From an uncultured Bacilli bacterium (GTDB taxonomy: Bacteria > Bacillota_I > Bacilli_A > RF39 > UBA660), in NCBI GenBank assembly GCA_944359055.1, contig CALVSO010000001.1, positions 37,460 through 101,459 of the forward strand: DNA of 64,000 nt. Reading direction: 5' to 3'. Positions 27,677 to 37,587 of this stretch are shown here, piece after piece; position 1 is the stretch's first letter; each line of letters starts with the position of its first letter. The notes under the pieces were generated by a model. That model had not been told where the DNA came from and did not search any database. It worked only from the letters and a program-made list of their open reading frames with translations. The position numbers were made by a program, and so were the translations under genes.

Positions 27677-27868
27677 ATGAAATTATCTAAAATGGTCGAT
27701 AAAGCAGTAGAAGAAATGAATTGTAATGCTGTTATTGATAAATTAGATGATTCATCTAAAAATAAATATGGAATTAAAAATGTTCCAGGTCTAGTAATTA
27801 ATGGCCAAATAGTTAGTCAAGGAAAGGTGTTGTCTATAAGGGAAATAAAAAAATTATTATTAGCTTAA
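27677..27868 (+). CDS. Thioredoxin-fold protein (redox-active disulfide protein 2 / TM0 family-like). Homology extends upstream of the ATG to about 27635 in frame, implying a non-ATG start or a degraded gene.
   Basis: The in-frame upstream translation (I)INIKIIGTNCSNG-MKLSKMVDKAVEEM...GIKNVPGLVINGQIVSQGKVLSIREIKKLL parallels the family pattern MKIEVLGSGCxNC...PALVINGKVV. RBS AAATGAGGTGAG ends at 27634. Only ATT/ATA codons are available upstream. The CxxC motif is degenerate (CSNG). Confidence 0.4.
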   Translation: MKLSKMVDKAVEEMNCNAVIDKLDDSSKNKYGIKNVPGLVINGQIVSQGKVLSIREIKKLLLA

Positions 27869-27896
27869 AAGATTCAATTTTGAATCTTTTTTTCTT
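27866..27896 (+). terminator. Rho-independent terminator
   Basis: AAAGATTCAA-tt-TTGAATCTTT hairpin followed by TTTTTC. Confidence 0.6.
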
Positions 27897-27927
27897 GTCT
27901 TTTTTTTTAATATAAAGTATAATTTAT

Positions 27928-28449
27928 ATGGTGATAAAAATGGATAAGAATAAGAAAAAAGAAATAGTTAAAATGTTATTAAAAAGTAAAGAAGAAATTG
28001 ATGAAGAAGAATTAATGGAATTATTATTTGATCAACCAATTGCTGTAGATGTTGATAAATTAGATAAAAATAATATGAAATTTTCGGATAAAGTAGCTGA
28101 TACAATAACAGCTATAGCTGGTAGTTGGTATTTTATAATAGGATTTACTTTATTTTTAATAATTTGGATATTGTTAAATGTTTATTTATGGGATAACGTT
28201 GATCCATATCCATTTATTTTATTAAATTTGTTATTGTCATGTATTGCAGCTTTACAAGCTCCAATTATTATGATGAGTCAAAATAGACAAGCAAAGAAAG
28301 ATAGTTTGCGAAATCAAAATGATTATCGTACTGATTTAAAAAGTGAATTAATATTAGAACAACTTCACGATCATATTGAATTAATTATTTCTAATCAAAG
28401 AAAAATTATTAAAAAATTAGAAGAGAAAGATATTGACTTAAGCAAATAA
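27928..28449 (+). CDS. DUF1003-family membrane protein
   Basis: Two TM helices and the conserved segment PYPFILLNLLLSCIAALQAPIIMMSQNRQAKKD typical of DUF1003. Confidence 0.65.
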   Translation: MVIKMDKNKKKEIVKMLLKSKEEIDEEELMELLFDQPIAVDVDKLDKNNMKFSDKVADTITAIAGSWYFIIGFTLFLIIWILLNVYLWDNVDPYPFILLNLLLSCIAALQAPIIMMSQNRQAKKDSLRNQNDYRTDLKSELILEQLHDHIELIISNQRKIIKKLEEKDIDLSK

Positions 28450-28501
28450 TTATTATATAATTATATTGAAGTAGGAATGATTACTACTTTCGAGGTGATT
28501 C

Positions 28502-28867
28502 ATGAAATATTCTAAACAACGACAAAAGATACTTGAAATTATAAATAATAGTTATGATCATCCAACTGCTTATATGGTTTATGAAAAGGTAAAAAAAGAA
28601 ATACCGGATATAAGTTTAGGCACAATTTATCGTAATTTAAATAGTTTAGTAGAGAACAAGTTAATAAAAAAAATACCTTTAACTATTGATAGATACGATA
28701 AAAATACTGATCATTGTCATTTATGTTGTATGAAATGTGATAAAATAATCGATATTGGTTTATTGAACATTGATAAATACATTTTAGATAATTATAATTT
28801 TAAAGTATTAAGTAGTGATGTTGTTTTAATGGGAATATGTAATGATTGTATGGAAAGGATGAATTAA
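28502..28867 (+). CDS. perR: Fur-family peroxide-responsive repressor (PerR-like)
   Basis: [36 protein letters not shown] is the Fur winged-helix. Two Cys pairs (CCMKC ... CNDC) form the structural Zn site. It sits immediately upstream of rubrerythrin. Confidence 0.8.
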   Translation: MKYSKQRQKILEIINNSYDHPTAYMVYEKVKKEIPDISLGTIYRNLNSLVENKLIKKIPLTIDRYDKNTDHCHLCCMKCDKIIDIGLLNIDKYILDNYNFKVLSSDVVLMGICNDCMERMN

Positions 28868-28869
28868 TT

Positions 28870-29409
28870 ATGGAATTAAAAGGAAGTAAAACAGAACAAA
28901 ATTTAATGGCAGCTTTTGCAGGTGAATCTCAAGCAAGAAATAAGTACACTTATTATGCATCAAAAGCAAAAAAAGAAGGATATGAACAAATAGCAGCTAT
29001 ATTTGAAGAAACTGCTGGTAATGAAAAAGAACATGCTAAAATTTGGTTTAAATTATTACATGGTGGTAATGTTCCAAGCACTATAGAAAACTTAGAAGAT
29101 GCAGCTGCTGGAGAAAATTATGAATGGACAGATATGTATGCTGGATTTGCTAAAGAAGCTAAAGAAGAAGGATTTGATCATATTGCATTCTTATTTGAAA
29201 GCGTTGGTAAAATCGAAAAAGATCATGAAGAAAGATATAAAGCTTTATTAGAAAATGTTAAAGCTGAAAAAGTATTCAATAAAGGTACTGAAGAAATGTG
29301 GATTTGTCGTAATTGTGGTCATGTTCATTTTGGTAAATCTGCACCTAAAGTATGCCCAGTATGTGAACATCCACAAAGTTATTTCGAATTAAGAAAAGTA
29401 AATTATTAA
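28870..29409 (+). CDS. rbr: Rubrerythrin
   Basis: Di-iron ferritin-like motifs (E..EAxAxxxYT, EKEH twice) and a C-terminal rubredoxin-like CRNCGH...CPVCEHP. ATG at 28870 follows GGAAAGGA. The track ORF starts earlier at 28846. Confidence 0.9.
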   Translation: MELKGSKTEQNLMAAFAGESQARNKYTYYASKAKKEGYEQIAAIFEETAGNEKEHAKIWFKLLHGGNVPSTIENLEDAAAGENYEWTDMYAGFAKEAKEEGFDHIAFLFESVGKIEKDHEERYKALLENVKAEKVFNKGTEEMWICRNCGHVHFGKSAPKVCPVCEHPQSYFELRKVNY

Positions 29410-29438
29410 AAAATTCTATTTAAATAGAATTTTTTTTA
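29408..29438 (+). terminator. Rho-independent terminator after rbr
   Basis: AAAAATTCTATTT-a-AAATAGAATTTTTTTT. Confidence 0.6.
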
Positions 29439-29466
29439 TGCTATACTATTTATTGGAGATGATATT

Positions 29467-30675
29467 ATGGATATTCGAATTAAAGAAGCTTTAGAAAAAG
29501 AAAAATTAAGACAACAAAATAATATTGAATTAATTGCTTCTGAAAATTATGTTTCTAAAGATGTTTTAGAATTACAAGGAAGTATTTTTACAAATAAATA
29601 TGCTGAAGGATATTCTGGCAAAAGATATTATGGTGGTTGTGTTAATGTTGATACTGTTGAAGATTTAGCTATTGAATATGTAACTAAATTATTTGATTGT
29701 AAATATGCTAATGTTCAACCTCATTCTGGTAGTAGTGCTAATATGGCAGTATATAAAGCATTATTAAATGTTGGTGATAAAGTAATGGGAATGAATTTAT
29801 CTCATGGTGGACATTTAACACATGGCCATCCTATTAATTTTAGTGGTTTAGAATATGAAATAATTAGTTATGATGTTGATCCTAAAATAGAAGAAATTGA
29901 TTATGATAAATTAGAAGAATTAGCCTTAGAAAATAAACCTAAAATGATTATAGCTGGAGCTTCAGCTTATTCTAGAATAATAGATTTTAAAAGATTTAGA
30001 GAAATTGCTGACAAAGTAGGGGCATATTTAATGGTGGATATGGCTCATATTGCTGGTTTAGTGGCAACCGGATTACATCCATCACCAATTCCTTATGCTG
30101 ATGTAGTAACTTCTACTACTCATAAAACGTTAAGGGGACCAAGAGGTGGAATAATTTTAACTAATAATGAAGAAATAATAAAAAAAATAAATAAAATTAT
30201 TTTCCCAGGTATTCAAGGCGGACCTTTGATGCATGTTATTGCTGCTAAAGCACAGTGTTTCTATGAAGCGTTACAACCTTCATTTAAAGTATATCAAGAA
30301 CAAGTATTAAAAAATATTAAAGCTTTATCTAATGTTTTAACAAATAATGGTCTAAGGATAGTATCTGGTGGTACCGATAATCATTTAATATTAGTAGATG
30401 TTACAAGTTTAAATATGACAGGTAAAGAAGCTGAAAGTTTATTAGATGAAGTAAATATTACAGTTAATAAAAATACAATTCCATTTGATAAAGAATCACC
30501 TTTTAAAACTAGTGGTATTAGATTAGGAAGTCCTGCCATGACTACTAGAGGATTAAAAGAAGAAGATTTTATAGAAATAGGTAATATTATAGTTGATACT
30601 TTAAAAGGTGGTAACAAAGAAGAATTGAAATTAAGAGTAAAAAAACTAACTGATAAGTATCCATTGGAGGGATAA
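29467..30675 (+). CDS. glyA: Serine hydroxymethyltransferase
   Basis: [21 protein letters not shown]...[14 protein letters not shown] (PLP-Lys) are canonical SHMT motifs. Confidence 0.95.
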   Translation: MDIRIKEALEKEKLRQQNNIELIASENYVSKDVLELQGSIFTNKYAEGYSGKRYYGGCVNVDTVEDLAIEYVTKLFDCKYANVQPHSGSSANMAVYKALLNVGDKVMGMNLSHGGHLTHGHPINFSGLEYEIISYDVDPKIEEIDYDKLEELALENKPKMIIAGASAYSRIIDFKRFREIADKVGAYLMVDMAHIAGLVATGLHPSPIPYADVVTSTTHKTLRGPRGGIILTNNEEIIKKINKIIFPGIQGGPLMHVIAAKAQCFYEALQPSFKVYQEQVLKNIKALSNVLTNNGLRIVSGGTDNHLILVDVTSLNMTGKEAESLLDEVNITVNKNTIPFDKESPFKTSGIRLGSPAMTTRGLKEEDFIEIGNIIVDTLKGGNKEELKLRVKKLTDKYPLEG

Positions 30676-30676
30676 T

Positions 30677-31504
30677 ATGATATTAGATGGCAAAACTTTA
30701 AGTGACAAAATAAAAAGTGATATTAAATCTAAAGTTAAGAATTATTTAATTAAACCTACTTTAGCTGTTATTCAAATAGGTAATGATGAAGCAAGTAATA
30801 TATATATTAATTCAAAAAGGAAAGCATGTGAAAATGTTGGTATTAACTTTATACATGCCAAGTTTGATGAAGATACAAATGAGCAAGAAATTATTAATAG
30901 AATAATTGAATTAAATAATGATTCTTATGTTAATGGTATTTTAATTCAATTACCAATACCTAAAAAATTTGATACATATAAATTGTTAAATTTAATAAAT
31001 AAAAATAAAGATGTTGATGGATTAACTGATATAAATATGGGACTATTATTTAAAGATAATAATAATCTAATACCATGTACACCCCAAGGAATAATAAAAT
31101 TATTAGAAGAATATAATATAGATTTATTAGGTAAACATGCAGTAGTTGTTGGTAAATCTAATTTAGTAGGTAAACCGCTTGCTATGTTGTTATTACAAAA
31201 TGGCGCAACTGTTACTATTTGTCATTCTAAAACAGTAGATTTAAAACAATATACTAAACAAGCTGATATATTGATATGTGCAGTTGGTAAAAAAGATTTA
31301 ATAACTAAAGATATGGTTAAAGAAAATGTTGTTGTTGTCGATGTAGGAATAAATAGAGTAGATGGTAAATTGTATGGTGATGTAGATTTTGAAAACATTA
31401 AAGATATTGCTTCTTATATAACACCTGTACCAGGTGGAGTAGGACCTATGACAGTTGCTATGTTACTTTCTAATGTTTTAAAAAATTATGAAAAAAATTT
31501 ATAA
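30677..31504 (+). CDS. folD: Bifunctional methylenetetrahydrofolate dehydrogenase/methenyltetrahydrofolate cyclohydrolase
   Basis: ILDGKTLSDKIK...GILIQLPIP...VVGKSNLVGKPLAMLL...ITPVPGGVGPMTVAMLL. Confidence 0.9.
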   Translation: MILDGKTLSDKIKSDIKSKVKNYLIKPTLAVIQIGNDEASNIYINSKRKACENVGINFIHAKFDEDTNEQEIINRIIELNNDSYVNGILIQLPIPKKFDTYKLLNLINKNKDVDGLTDINMGLLFKDNNNLIPCTPQGIIKLLEEYNIDLLGKHAVVVGKSNLVGKPLAMLLLQNGATVTICHSKTVDLKQYTKQADILICAVGKKDLITKDMVKENVVVVDVGINRVDGKLYGDVDFENIKDIASYITPVPGGVGPMTVAMLLSNVLKNYEKNL

Positions 31505-31556
31505 AAGTATTGTCAAAATTGAACTAATATGGTATTATTATATTGTTCAATTTTTC

Positions 31557-31633
31557 GGCGAGATAGCTCAGTTGGCTAGAGCAACTGGTTCATACCCAGT
31601 AGGTCGAGGGTTCGAATCCCCCTCTCGCTACCA
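31557..31633 (+). tRNA. tRNA with CAU anticodon (elongator tRNA-Met or lysidine-modified tRNA-Ile2), CCA encoded
   Basis: Cloverleaf read manually: acceptor GGCGAGA/TCTCGCT, D-arm GCTC-AGTTGGCTA-GAGC, anticodon arm ACTGG-TTCATAC-CCAGT, variable AGGTC, T-arm GAGGG-TTCGAAT-CCCCC, 3' ACCA. Confidence 0.85.
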
Positions 31634-31644
31634 TTTAAAAACGT

Positions 31645-31697
31645 ACTCGAACTTTTCGAGTTTAAGACTAATTCAGAAATGAGTTAGTTTTTTTTAA
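31645..31697 (+). terminator. Tandem hairpins and terminator after the tRNA
   Basis: ACTCGAA-cttt-TTCGAGT, then GACTAATTC-agaaat-GAGTTAGT followed by TTTTTTTT. Confidence 0.6.
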
Positions 31698-31848
31698 TAT
31701 GAATAAACTTTTTTGTTCATTTATATGATATTTTTAAGATAAAGATATTGTAATTTAGATTCAAGCAAAAAAGATAATAGCTTAGGATTTTATTGATAAA
31801 TGTTATTAAATTTATGATATAATAAAAAACTAAAAGGAGATGGTAAAC

Positions 31849-32778
31849 ATGCTTGATGCCGAACAATTAAATAAATATGTAAATGCTTTACTTTCAAAAT
31901 CAGAAGAAGCGTATCTTATGGCAATAGAAATTATTAATAAGCCAACAATTAATTATAGAACTGAAGGTTTTTGCTTCTTTATATGTAATGCTTGGGAATT
32001 GTTACTTAAAGCATATTTGATAAATAAAGCAAATGATATAAATGTTATAAATTACAAAGATGGATCAAATAGGACTATAGGATTAGATGAATGTGTTGAA
32101 AAAGTATTTACTAGTACAACTGATAAAACAAAGAATAATATAACGTTAATTAGAAACATTAGAAATAAAGCAACTCACTTGATACTTCCTGATTTTGATT
32201 ATACATTAGCTCCTGCTTTTCAAAGATGCTTGACTAACTATAATAAATTTTTTAAAAAACAATTTCCAAATTTTAAATTGAATAATAAAATAACACCATA
32301 TATAGCGTTAGTAAATCCTGGAAATAATCAAGATATATCATCATTAATTTTAAATCCTGCTAATTTGTTACTATTAGAAAAAGTAAAACAAGAATTAGGA
32401 AGTGATGATACATTAACTCAAACATTACGTCTAGTATCTACTAAGAAAGAATCAGAAGCAGATATTAAATATACAATTGTTAAAGATGGTGGCCAACCTG
32501 TTCAAACTATAAATGTCCCAAAAGATATTGAAAAAACACATCCATATACAACAAATCAAATTATTAAAAAAATTTCTGAAACTATTGAATTATCATTAGG
32601 ACCAAATCATGGATTTACATCAAATAAATTTCAGGATATATGTAAAAGAAAAAATATAAAAACAAATCAAGATTATTGTTATCAATTTCCATATTACAAT
32701 ACCAAAATTAACAAATATAGTGATTTAGCAATTGAATACATAAGTGAGGTTTACATAGAAGAATATAAAAATAAATAA
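31849..32778 (+). CDS. Solitary HEPN-motif protein (putative RNase / abortive-infection-type defence protein)
   Basis: R-x4-H HEPN signature in IRNIRNKATHLIL, preceded by a helical N-terminal region (AYLMAIEIINKPTINYRTEGFCFFICNAWELLLKAYLI). Own RBS AAAGGAG-8nt-ATG. Sits between the tRNA/terminator and the next promoter. Confidence 0.5.
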   Translation: MLDAEQLNKYVNALLSKSEEAYLMAIEIINKPTINYRTEGFCFFICNAWELLLKAYLINKANDINVINYKDGSNRTIGLDECVEKVFTSTTDKTKNNITLIRNIRNKATHLILPDFDYTLAPAFQRCLTNYNKFFKKQFPNFKLNNKITPYIALVNPGNNQDISSLILNPANLLLLEKVKQELGSDDTLTQTLRLVSTKKESEADIKYTIVKDGGQPVQTINVPKDIEKTHPYTTNQIIKKISETIELSLGPNHGFTSNKFQDICKRKNIKTNQDYCYQFPYYNTKINKYSDLAIEYISEVYIEEYKNK

Positions 32779-32953
32779 AAAATGTATCATAATTATCTAA
32801 TTATGTTATAATATATATGTAGATGAGAACTTGTGAAGGATTATCGATGTGTTGGTTAGACCAGTAAGCATATTTATATGTGAGCATTCATCTCGCCTGG
32901 GGTTCTCATCAATGTTGTAATTAAAGATTCCTTTTTGGAATCTTTTTGCGATA

Positions 32954-32982
32954 TTGACAAACAAACTAAAAAGTTCTATAAT
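32954..32982 (+). promoter_or_regulatory. Sigma-A-type promoter (TTGACA-17-TATAAT) for the T-box leader and GluRS-like gene
   Basis: Perfect -35 TTGACA at 32954-32959, 17-nt spacer, perfect -10 TATAAT at 32977-32982. Confidence 0.65.
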
Positions 32983-32989
32983 TTATTTA

Positions 32990-33225
32990 TATTTTTGAAA
33001 GCAATGAAGAAGAATAGTAAAATATATTTAATACATAGAGAGTTATTGGCTGGTGTAAAATAACATTTAAAATATTTGAATGAAGCTTTGGAGCAAAATA
33101 ATGTATACAAGTTATTTCGTTAATCGCGTTAAGATGTAGAGGCATATAATTGTTAGCTGATTATATAAATTAAGGTGGTACCACGATAGATTCGTCCTTA
33201 TTGGATGAATCTATTTTTTTTGTTT
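32990..33225 (+). promoter_or_regulatory. T-box riboswitch leader upstream of the GluRS-like gene
   Basis: Conserved T-box sequence AAATTAAGGTGGTACCACG at about 33168-33185, then intrinsic terminator ATAGATTC-gtccttattggat-GAATCTAT and TTTTTTTT (33188-33221). Confidence 0.7.
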
Positions 33226-33244
33226 AAAGAGAGGATTGATAAAA

Positions 33245-34876
33245 ATGAATTATAATGATTTGGCCGATTTATTGTATCCAGATGTCACAAAAACAATTGA
33301 AGATTTAGAAAAAATGTATCCTAAAAGAATTTTACCTGAAGGAGCTCAAGTAACGAGATTTGCACCTAGTCCAACAGGTAGAATGCATTTGGGTAATTTA
33401 TATGCATCTTTTATTCCAGAAGTAATAGCAACACAAACTAATGGAGTATTTATAGTTAGAATTGAGGATACAGATCAAAAAAGAAAAATAGAGAATGGTA
33501 TTGAATTAGGAATAAATGATTTAGAACACTATAACTATAAAGTAGATGAACATCCAATTAAAGGTGGAAAGTATGGTCCATATATTCAATCTAAAAGATT
33601 AGAAATATATCATACTGTTGCTAAACATCTTGTTTCTATTGGTAGAGCATATCCTTGTTTTTGCTCTGAAGAAGATTTGAATAATATGAGAAAAGTTCAA
33701 GAAAGACGAAAAGATAGAATTGGATATTATGGACATTATGCGAAGTGTCGTAATTTAACATACGATGAAATAAAAGCACATATTGATAATGGAGATAAAT
33801 GGGTATTAAGATTAAAATCAAATGGAAACTTTGATAATCAAATAATATTTAAAGATTTAGTTAAGGGGACAATAAAATTGCCGGAAAATGATTTGGATCA
33901 AGTATTAGTTAAATCTGATAGTATACCGCCATATGCTTTTGCTCATGTGTGTGATGATCATTTTATGAGAGTAACAATTGTTACGAGAGATGATTCTTAT
34001 ATCTCTTCTGTTCCTTATCATTTAGAATTATGGAAAGCTTGTGGATTTGAAATACCTAAATTTGCACATCTTTTACCATTAAATATAAAAGATGGTGATT
34101 CAATTAGAAAAATTAGTAAAAGAAAAGATCCAGAGGCAGCAGCAATATATTATCATGAAAAAGGGGTTCCTGTAGAAGCAATTAAATTGTATTTTGCAAC
34201 TTTAATGAATTCTAATTTTGATAGTTGGTATTTACAAAATCCAGCTAAATCCTATAGAGATTTTGAGTTTTCTTTTAGTAAGATGAGTAAAAATGGAGCA
34301 TTATTCGATTTAAATAAAATTGTAAATATATCAAGAAACTACATTTCAAAATTAACTGCAACAGAAGTTTATGATAATATGTTACAATGGGCTTTAGAAT
34401 TTGATAAATCATTTGCTGAATTAATAACTAAATATAAATTATATACTATTGATATTTTAAATATAGAGAGAGAACAAAACAAACCTAGAAAAGATTTTAG
34501 TTGTTATTCTGAAATAAAATCGTATATATGGTACATGTATAATGAAATGTTTAATAACTTTGAATATGAATGGCAAAATATAAGGGATATAAATGAAATT
34601 AGAACTATTTTAACTGATTATGTTAATAATTATTATGCCACATCCGATGATAAAGATATTTGGTTTAATAAGATGAAAGAATTATCTGATAAACATGGAT
34701 ATTGTTCGGATGTAAAAGTGTACAAAGAAAACCCTAATCATTATAAAGGAAGTATTATTGATATAAGCATGATTATTAGAGTCGCATTGACAAGCAAATC
34801 AATGACACCAGATTTATATGAAATAATGAAATTGTTAGGAATAGAAAATATTAAAAACAGAATAAATTTATTATAA
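33245..34876 (+). CDS. gltX: Glutamyl-tRNA synthetase-like class I aaRS (divergent GluRS/GlxRS)
   Basis: RFAPSPTGRMHLGNLYASF (HIGH-type) ...FIVRIEDTDQKR... and a KMSKS-type element IRKISKRKD. ATG at 33245 lies 9 nt after AAAGAGAGGA. Confidence 0.7.
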   Translation: MNYNDLADLLYPDVTKTIEDLEKMYPKRILPEGAQVTRFAPSPTGRMHLGNLYASFIPEVIATQTNGVFIVRIEDTDQKRKIENGIELGINDLEHYNYKVDEHPIKGGKYGPYIQSKRLEIYHTVAKHLVSIGRAYPCFCSEEDLNNMRKVQERRKDRIGYYGHYAKCRNLTYDEIKAHIDNGDKWVLRLKSNGNFDNQIIFKDLVKGTIKLPENDLDQVLVKSDSIPPYAFAHVCDDHFMRVTIVTRDDSYISSVPYHLELWKACGFEIPKFAHLLPLNIKDGDSIRKISKRKDPEAAAIYYHEKGVPVEAIKLYFATLMNSNFDSWYLQNPAKSYRDFEFSFSKMSKNGALFDLNKIVNISRNYISKLTATEVYDNMLQWALEFDKSFAELITKYKLYTIDILNIEREQNKPRKDFSCYSEIKSYIWYMYNEMFNNFEYEWQNIRDINEIRTILTDYVNNYYATSDDKDIWFNKMKELSDKHGYCSDVKVYKENPNHYKGSIIDISMIIRVALTSKSMTPDLYEIMKLLGIENIKNRINLL

Positions 34877-34984
34877 AATATTTAATTAATTATTAATTTA
34901 TAGTATTATTGTTTTAGTAATTAGTTGTTTATCAACTATTCCAAATGTTTCAGATATACTATTTATTCATACCATTAAATAAAT

Positions 34985-35016
34985 TAAACTAACTTAAAAA
35001 TAAGTTAGTTTTTTTA
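34985..35016 (+). terminator. Rho-independent terminator after the gltX-like gene
   Basis: AAACTAACTTA-aaaa-TAAGTTAGTTTTTTT. Confidence 0.6.
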
Positions 35017-35092
35017 GTTGAAATTAATGATATTATTTAAAAGAATGATATTTTATGATATTATATTAATGTAGTTAATAAAGGAGGAATAT

Positions 35093-36556
35093 ATGAAAGA
35101 ATTTTTAGAATATCAAAAAGAAATTTCAAATTTGCAGTATACAATTAATTTGTTGTTATGGGAATTAAAAATAACCGCTCCAAAAGATTCTCAAAGTGAT
35201 TTGGTAGATTTAATAGCACATTTTCAAAGAATGGTTTTTGAATTGCAAACGAACAATCATTATGGAGAATTGTTGAATGAAATTATTTCTTGTGATGAAT
35301 TTAATGATTTGAAAGAACCAGAAAAAAGATATATTAAAAATCTTTTAAGACATTATGAAGAATATAAAAAAGTTCCAGTAGATTTTTATGAAGAATATAA
35401 TAAAATTATAAATGAGTCAAATATTGCATGGAGAGAAGCTAAAGAAAGTAATAATTATGATTTATTTAAGCCTCATTTAAAAAGAGTTATTGAAATAACA
35501 AAACAATATTATAGTTATATTGATAGTAAAAATTCAAATTTGTATGATGTAATGTTAAACAAATATGAAATAGGAACAAAAAGTGAAAACTTGGATAAAT
35601 TATTTGATGAATTAAAAGAAGGAATTTTACCTTTGATACCTGAAAATAATGTTGAAACAACAAAATTAAATTATAATTATACAAAACAAGAATTAATCGA
35701 ATGTGCTAAATTTTTATTAGATTATATCGGTTTTGATTTAAAAAAAGGTATTATTGATATATATCCTCATGGTTTTACAGAAAAAATGAATCCTAACGAC
35801 ATAAGAATAACTTTTAGAGAAACTACGGATCCTATAGATTTTGTAACAACTGTTATTCATGAAGGCGGTCATGGTATTTTTGAACAAAATATAAGTCCTA
35901 ATTTATCAAAATATGAAAATACAGTGATTGATAATTTATATGCATTTCATGAAAGTCAATCAAGATTTTATGAAAATATACTAGGAAGAAACAAAAATTT
36001 TTGGATACCGATTTATGATAAATTAAAACAAATGTTACATTTACAAATTGATATTGATGAATTTATAAAATTATTAAATACACCGCAATGTAGTATCGAA
36101 AGAGTTTCAGCAGATGAATTAACTTACTGTATGCACATAATTATGCGCTATGAAATTGAAAAAATGATATTTAATGAACAACTAGATATTTCTCAATTAC
36201 CAAAAATATGGAATCAAAAAACTTTGGAATATTTAAAAGTTGAAGTAAAAAATGATGCAGAAGGATTAATGCAAGATGTCCATTGGTCAGAGGGGAATTT
36301 TGGTTATTTTCCTTCATATCTATTAGGTGCAATTTATGATGGAATCTTATTAGAAATTATTGAGAAAGAATTAGGAAATATTGACGATATTTTAAAAGAT
36401 GGTAAAATAAAAGAAATAACTCAATATTTAATTGAAAATATTTATGTCAATGGTGGTGCTTATACATCATTTGAAATTTTTAATAAATTGTATGGTAAAG
36501 AAATTACTGCAAAACCTTTAATTAAATATTTTAAAAATAAATATTCTAAAAATTAA
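35093..36556 (+). CDS. M32-family carboxypeptidase (Taq-like metallocarboxypeptidase)
   Basis: HExxH zinc site in TTVIHEGGHGIFEQ, DIRIT.R motif region (NDIRITFRETTD) and family-typical length. RBS AAAGGAGG. Confidence 0.85.
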   Translation: MKEFLEYQKEISNLQYTINLLLWELKITAPKDSQSDLVDLIAHFQRMVFELQTNNHYGELLNEIISCDEFNDLKEPEKRYIKNLLRHYEEYKKVPVDFYEEYNKIINESNIAWREAKESNNYDLFKPHLKRVIEITKQYYSYIDSKNSNLYDVMLNKYEIGTKSENLDKLFDELKEGILPLIPENNVETTKLNYNYTKQELIECAKFLLDYIGFDLKKGIIDIYPHGFTEKMNPNDIRITFRETTDPIDFVTTVIHEGGHGIFEQNISPNLSKYENTVIDNLYAFHESQSRFYENILGRNKNFWIPIYDKLKQMLHLQIDIDEFIKLLNTPQCSIERVSADELTYCMHIIMRYEIEKMIFNEQLDISQLPKIWNQKTLEYLKVEVKNDAEGLMQDVHWSEGNFGYFPSYLLGAIYDGILLEIIEKELGNIDDILKDGKIKEITQYLIENIYVNGGAYTSFEIFNKLYGKEITAKPLIKYFKNKYSKN

Positions 36557-36677
36557 TTTTATAATAGTTTTAAAAAATAAATTATTAGAAGCATAAAATA
36601 TTCTTGACATTTATAAAATATAATATATAATTGTTGGTAAGGAGGTAGTACTTATATATTATAAGTAAAATGTATTT

Positions 36678-37544
36678 ATGAAAAAAGAAAAGGCGTTAGT
36701 TACATCAAGAGTTTTATTCGTATCAATTTTAGACAAAATTTATTTATTATCTTTAGCAATCATATTTGTTTCTATGACATATTCTAATTTGTCAACTTAT
36801 TATGGTTCTTATCCATTTTGGGAAAAAATGTCAAATCAACTTTTTATTTTTATATTCTTAGTAATACTTTATTTCATATTTAATTGGTTTTATAAATGTG
36901 CTATTAAAACAATGCTTTGCGTAACAAAAAAAGAAGTATATGGTGAAATTTATTTTCCATTTATAAAAATTGAAAAAAACATACCTTTAAATAAAATAAC
37001 AAAAGTTTCAACATATAATTATTTTTGGATTTTTAGAGCATTAGTTATATATCAATATAATAAATTACCTTTAATTTTTTTCACGTGGAACAATAAAGAA
37101 TTTAAAAATAAATTAAGAGAATTAATTATTGAAGCTGATGAAGAAATTGAAAATGAATTTGAAAATAAAAATTTAATTTCAAGGAATAATATTAAATATA
37201 TTGGAATAATTTTAGGAATTTTGACAGGTTTAACAGTAATCATAGGTTTATATAATTATATATCTGATCCAATCAAAAGAATACCTGGGACTTATTCTTA
37301 TGAAGATAAAAACATTATATTAAATAAAGATGGTAGTTGTAATATAGATGATATTGTAGATTCTTATCATAATTGTACATGGGAATATAATAAGTCTTTA
37401 GAAAGTTTAAGTATTGAATATGATTATAGTTATTTTTCATACTATGCAAATAAGTATATAACTTCTAGTAGAAGTTTAGATGTTGATTATGTTTTAAAAG
37501 ATAAGACATTAATATATGATGATGATACGTATAAAAAAAATTGA
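36678..37544 (+). CDS. Hypothetical membrane protein
   Basis: Three to four predicted TM helices and no recognisable motifs. Preceded by a promoter-like TTGACA...TATAAT. Confidence 0.4.
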   Translation: MKKEKALVTSRVLFVSILDKIYLLSLAIIFVSMTYSNLSTYYGSYPFWEKMSNQLFIFIFLVILYFIFNWFYKCAIKTMLCVTKKEVYGEIYFPFIKIEKNIPLNKITKVSTYNYFWIFRALVIYQYNKLPLIFFTWNNKEFKNKLRELIIEADEEIENEFENKNLISRNNIKYIGIILGILTGLTVIIGLYNYISDPIKRIPGTYSYEDKNIILNKDGSCNIDDIVDSYHNCTWEYNKSLESLSIEYDYSYFSYYANKYITSSRSLDVDYVLKDKTLIYDDDTYKKN

Positions 37545-37587
37545 TACAAAAATAACAAACAAAATTGTTTGTTATTTTCATATGTAA

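Noticed and set aside
31488-31682. 64-aa ORF overlapping the tRNA gene
   Set aside because: It overlaps the folD 3' end by 17 nt and then runs through the tRNA-Met(CAT) cloverleaf and its terminator. The translation (…GEIAQLARATGSYPVGRGFESPSRYHL…) is simply the tRNA read as protein.
32941-32955. 15-mer TCTTTTTGCGATATT shared between 32941-32955 (upstream of the gltX T-box promoter) and 52482-52496 (downstream of sigE)
   Set aside because: In both places the motif is the T-tail of a rho-independent terminator running into AT-rich promoter DNA. Two occurrences are too few to separate a shared regulatory site from chance in this composition. Noted only as something a genome-wide motif count could revisit.
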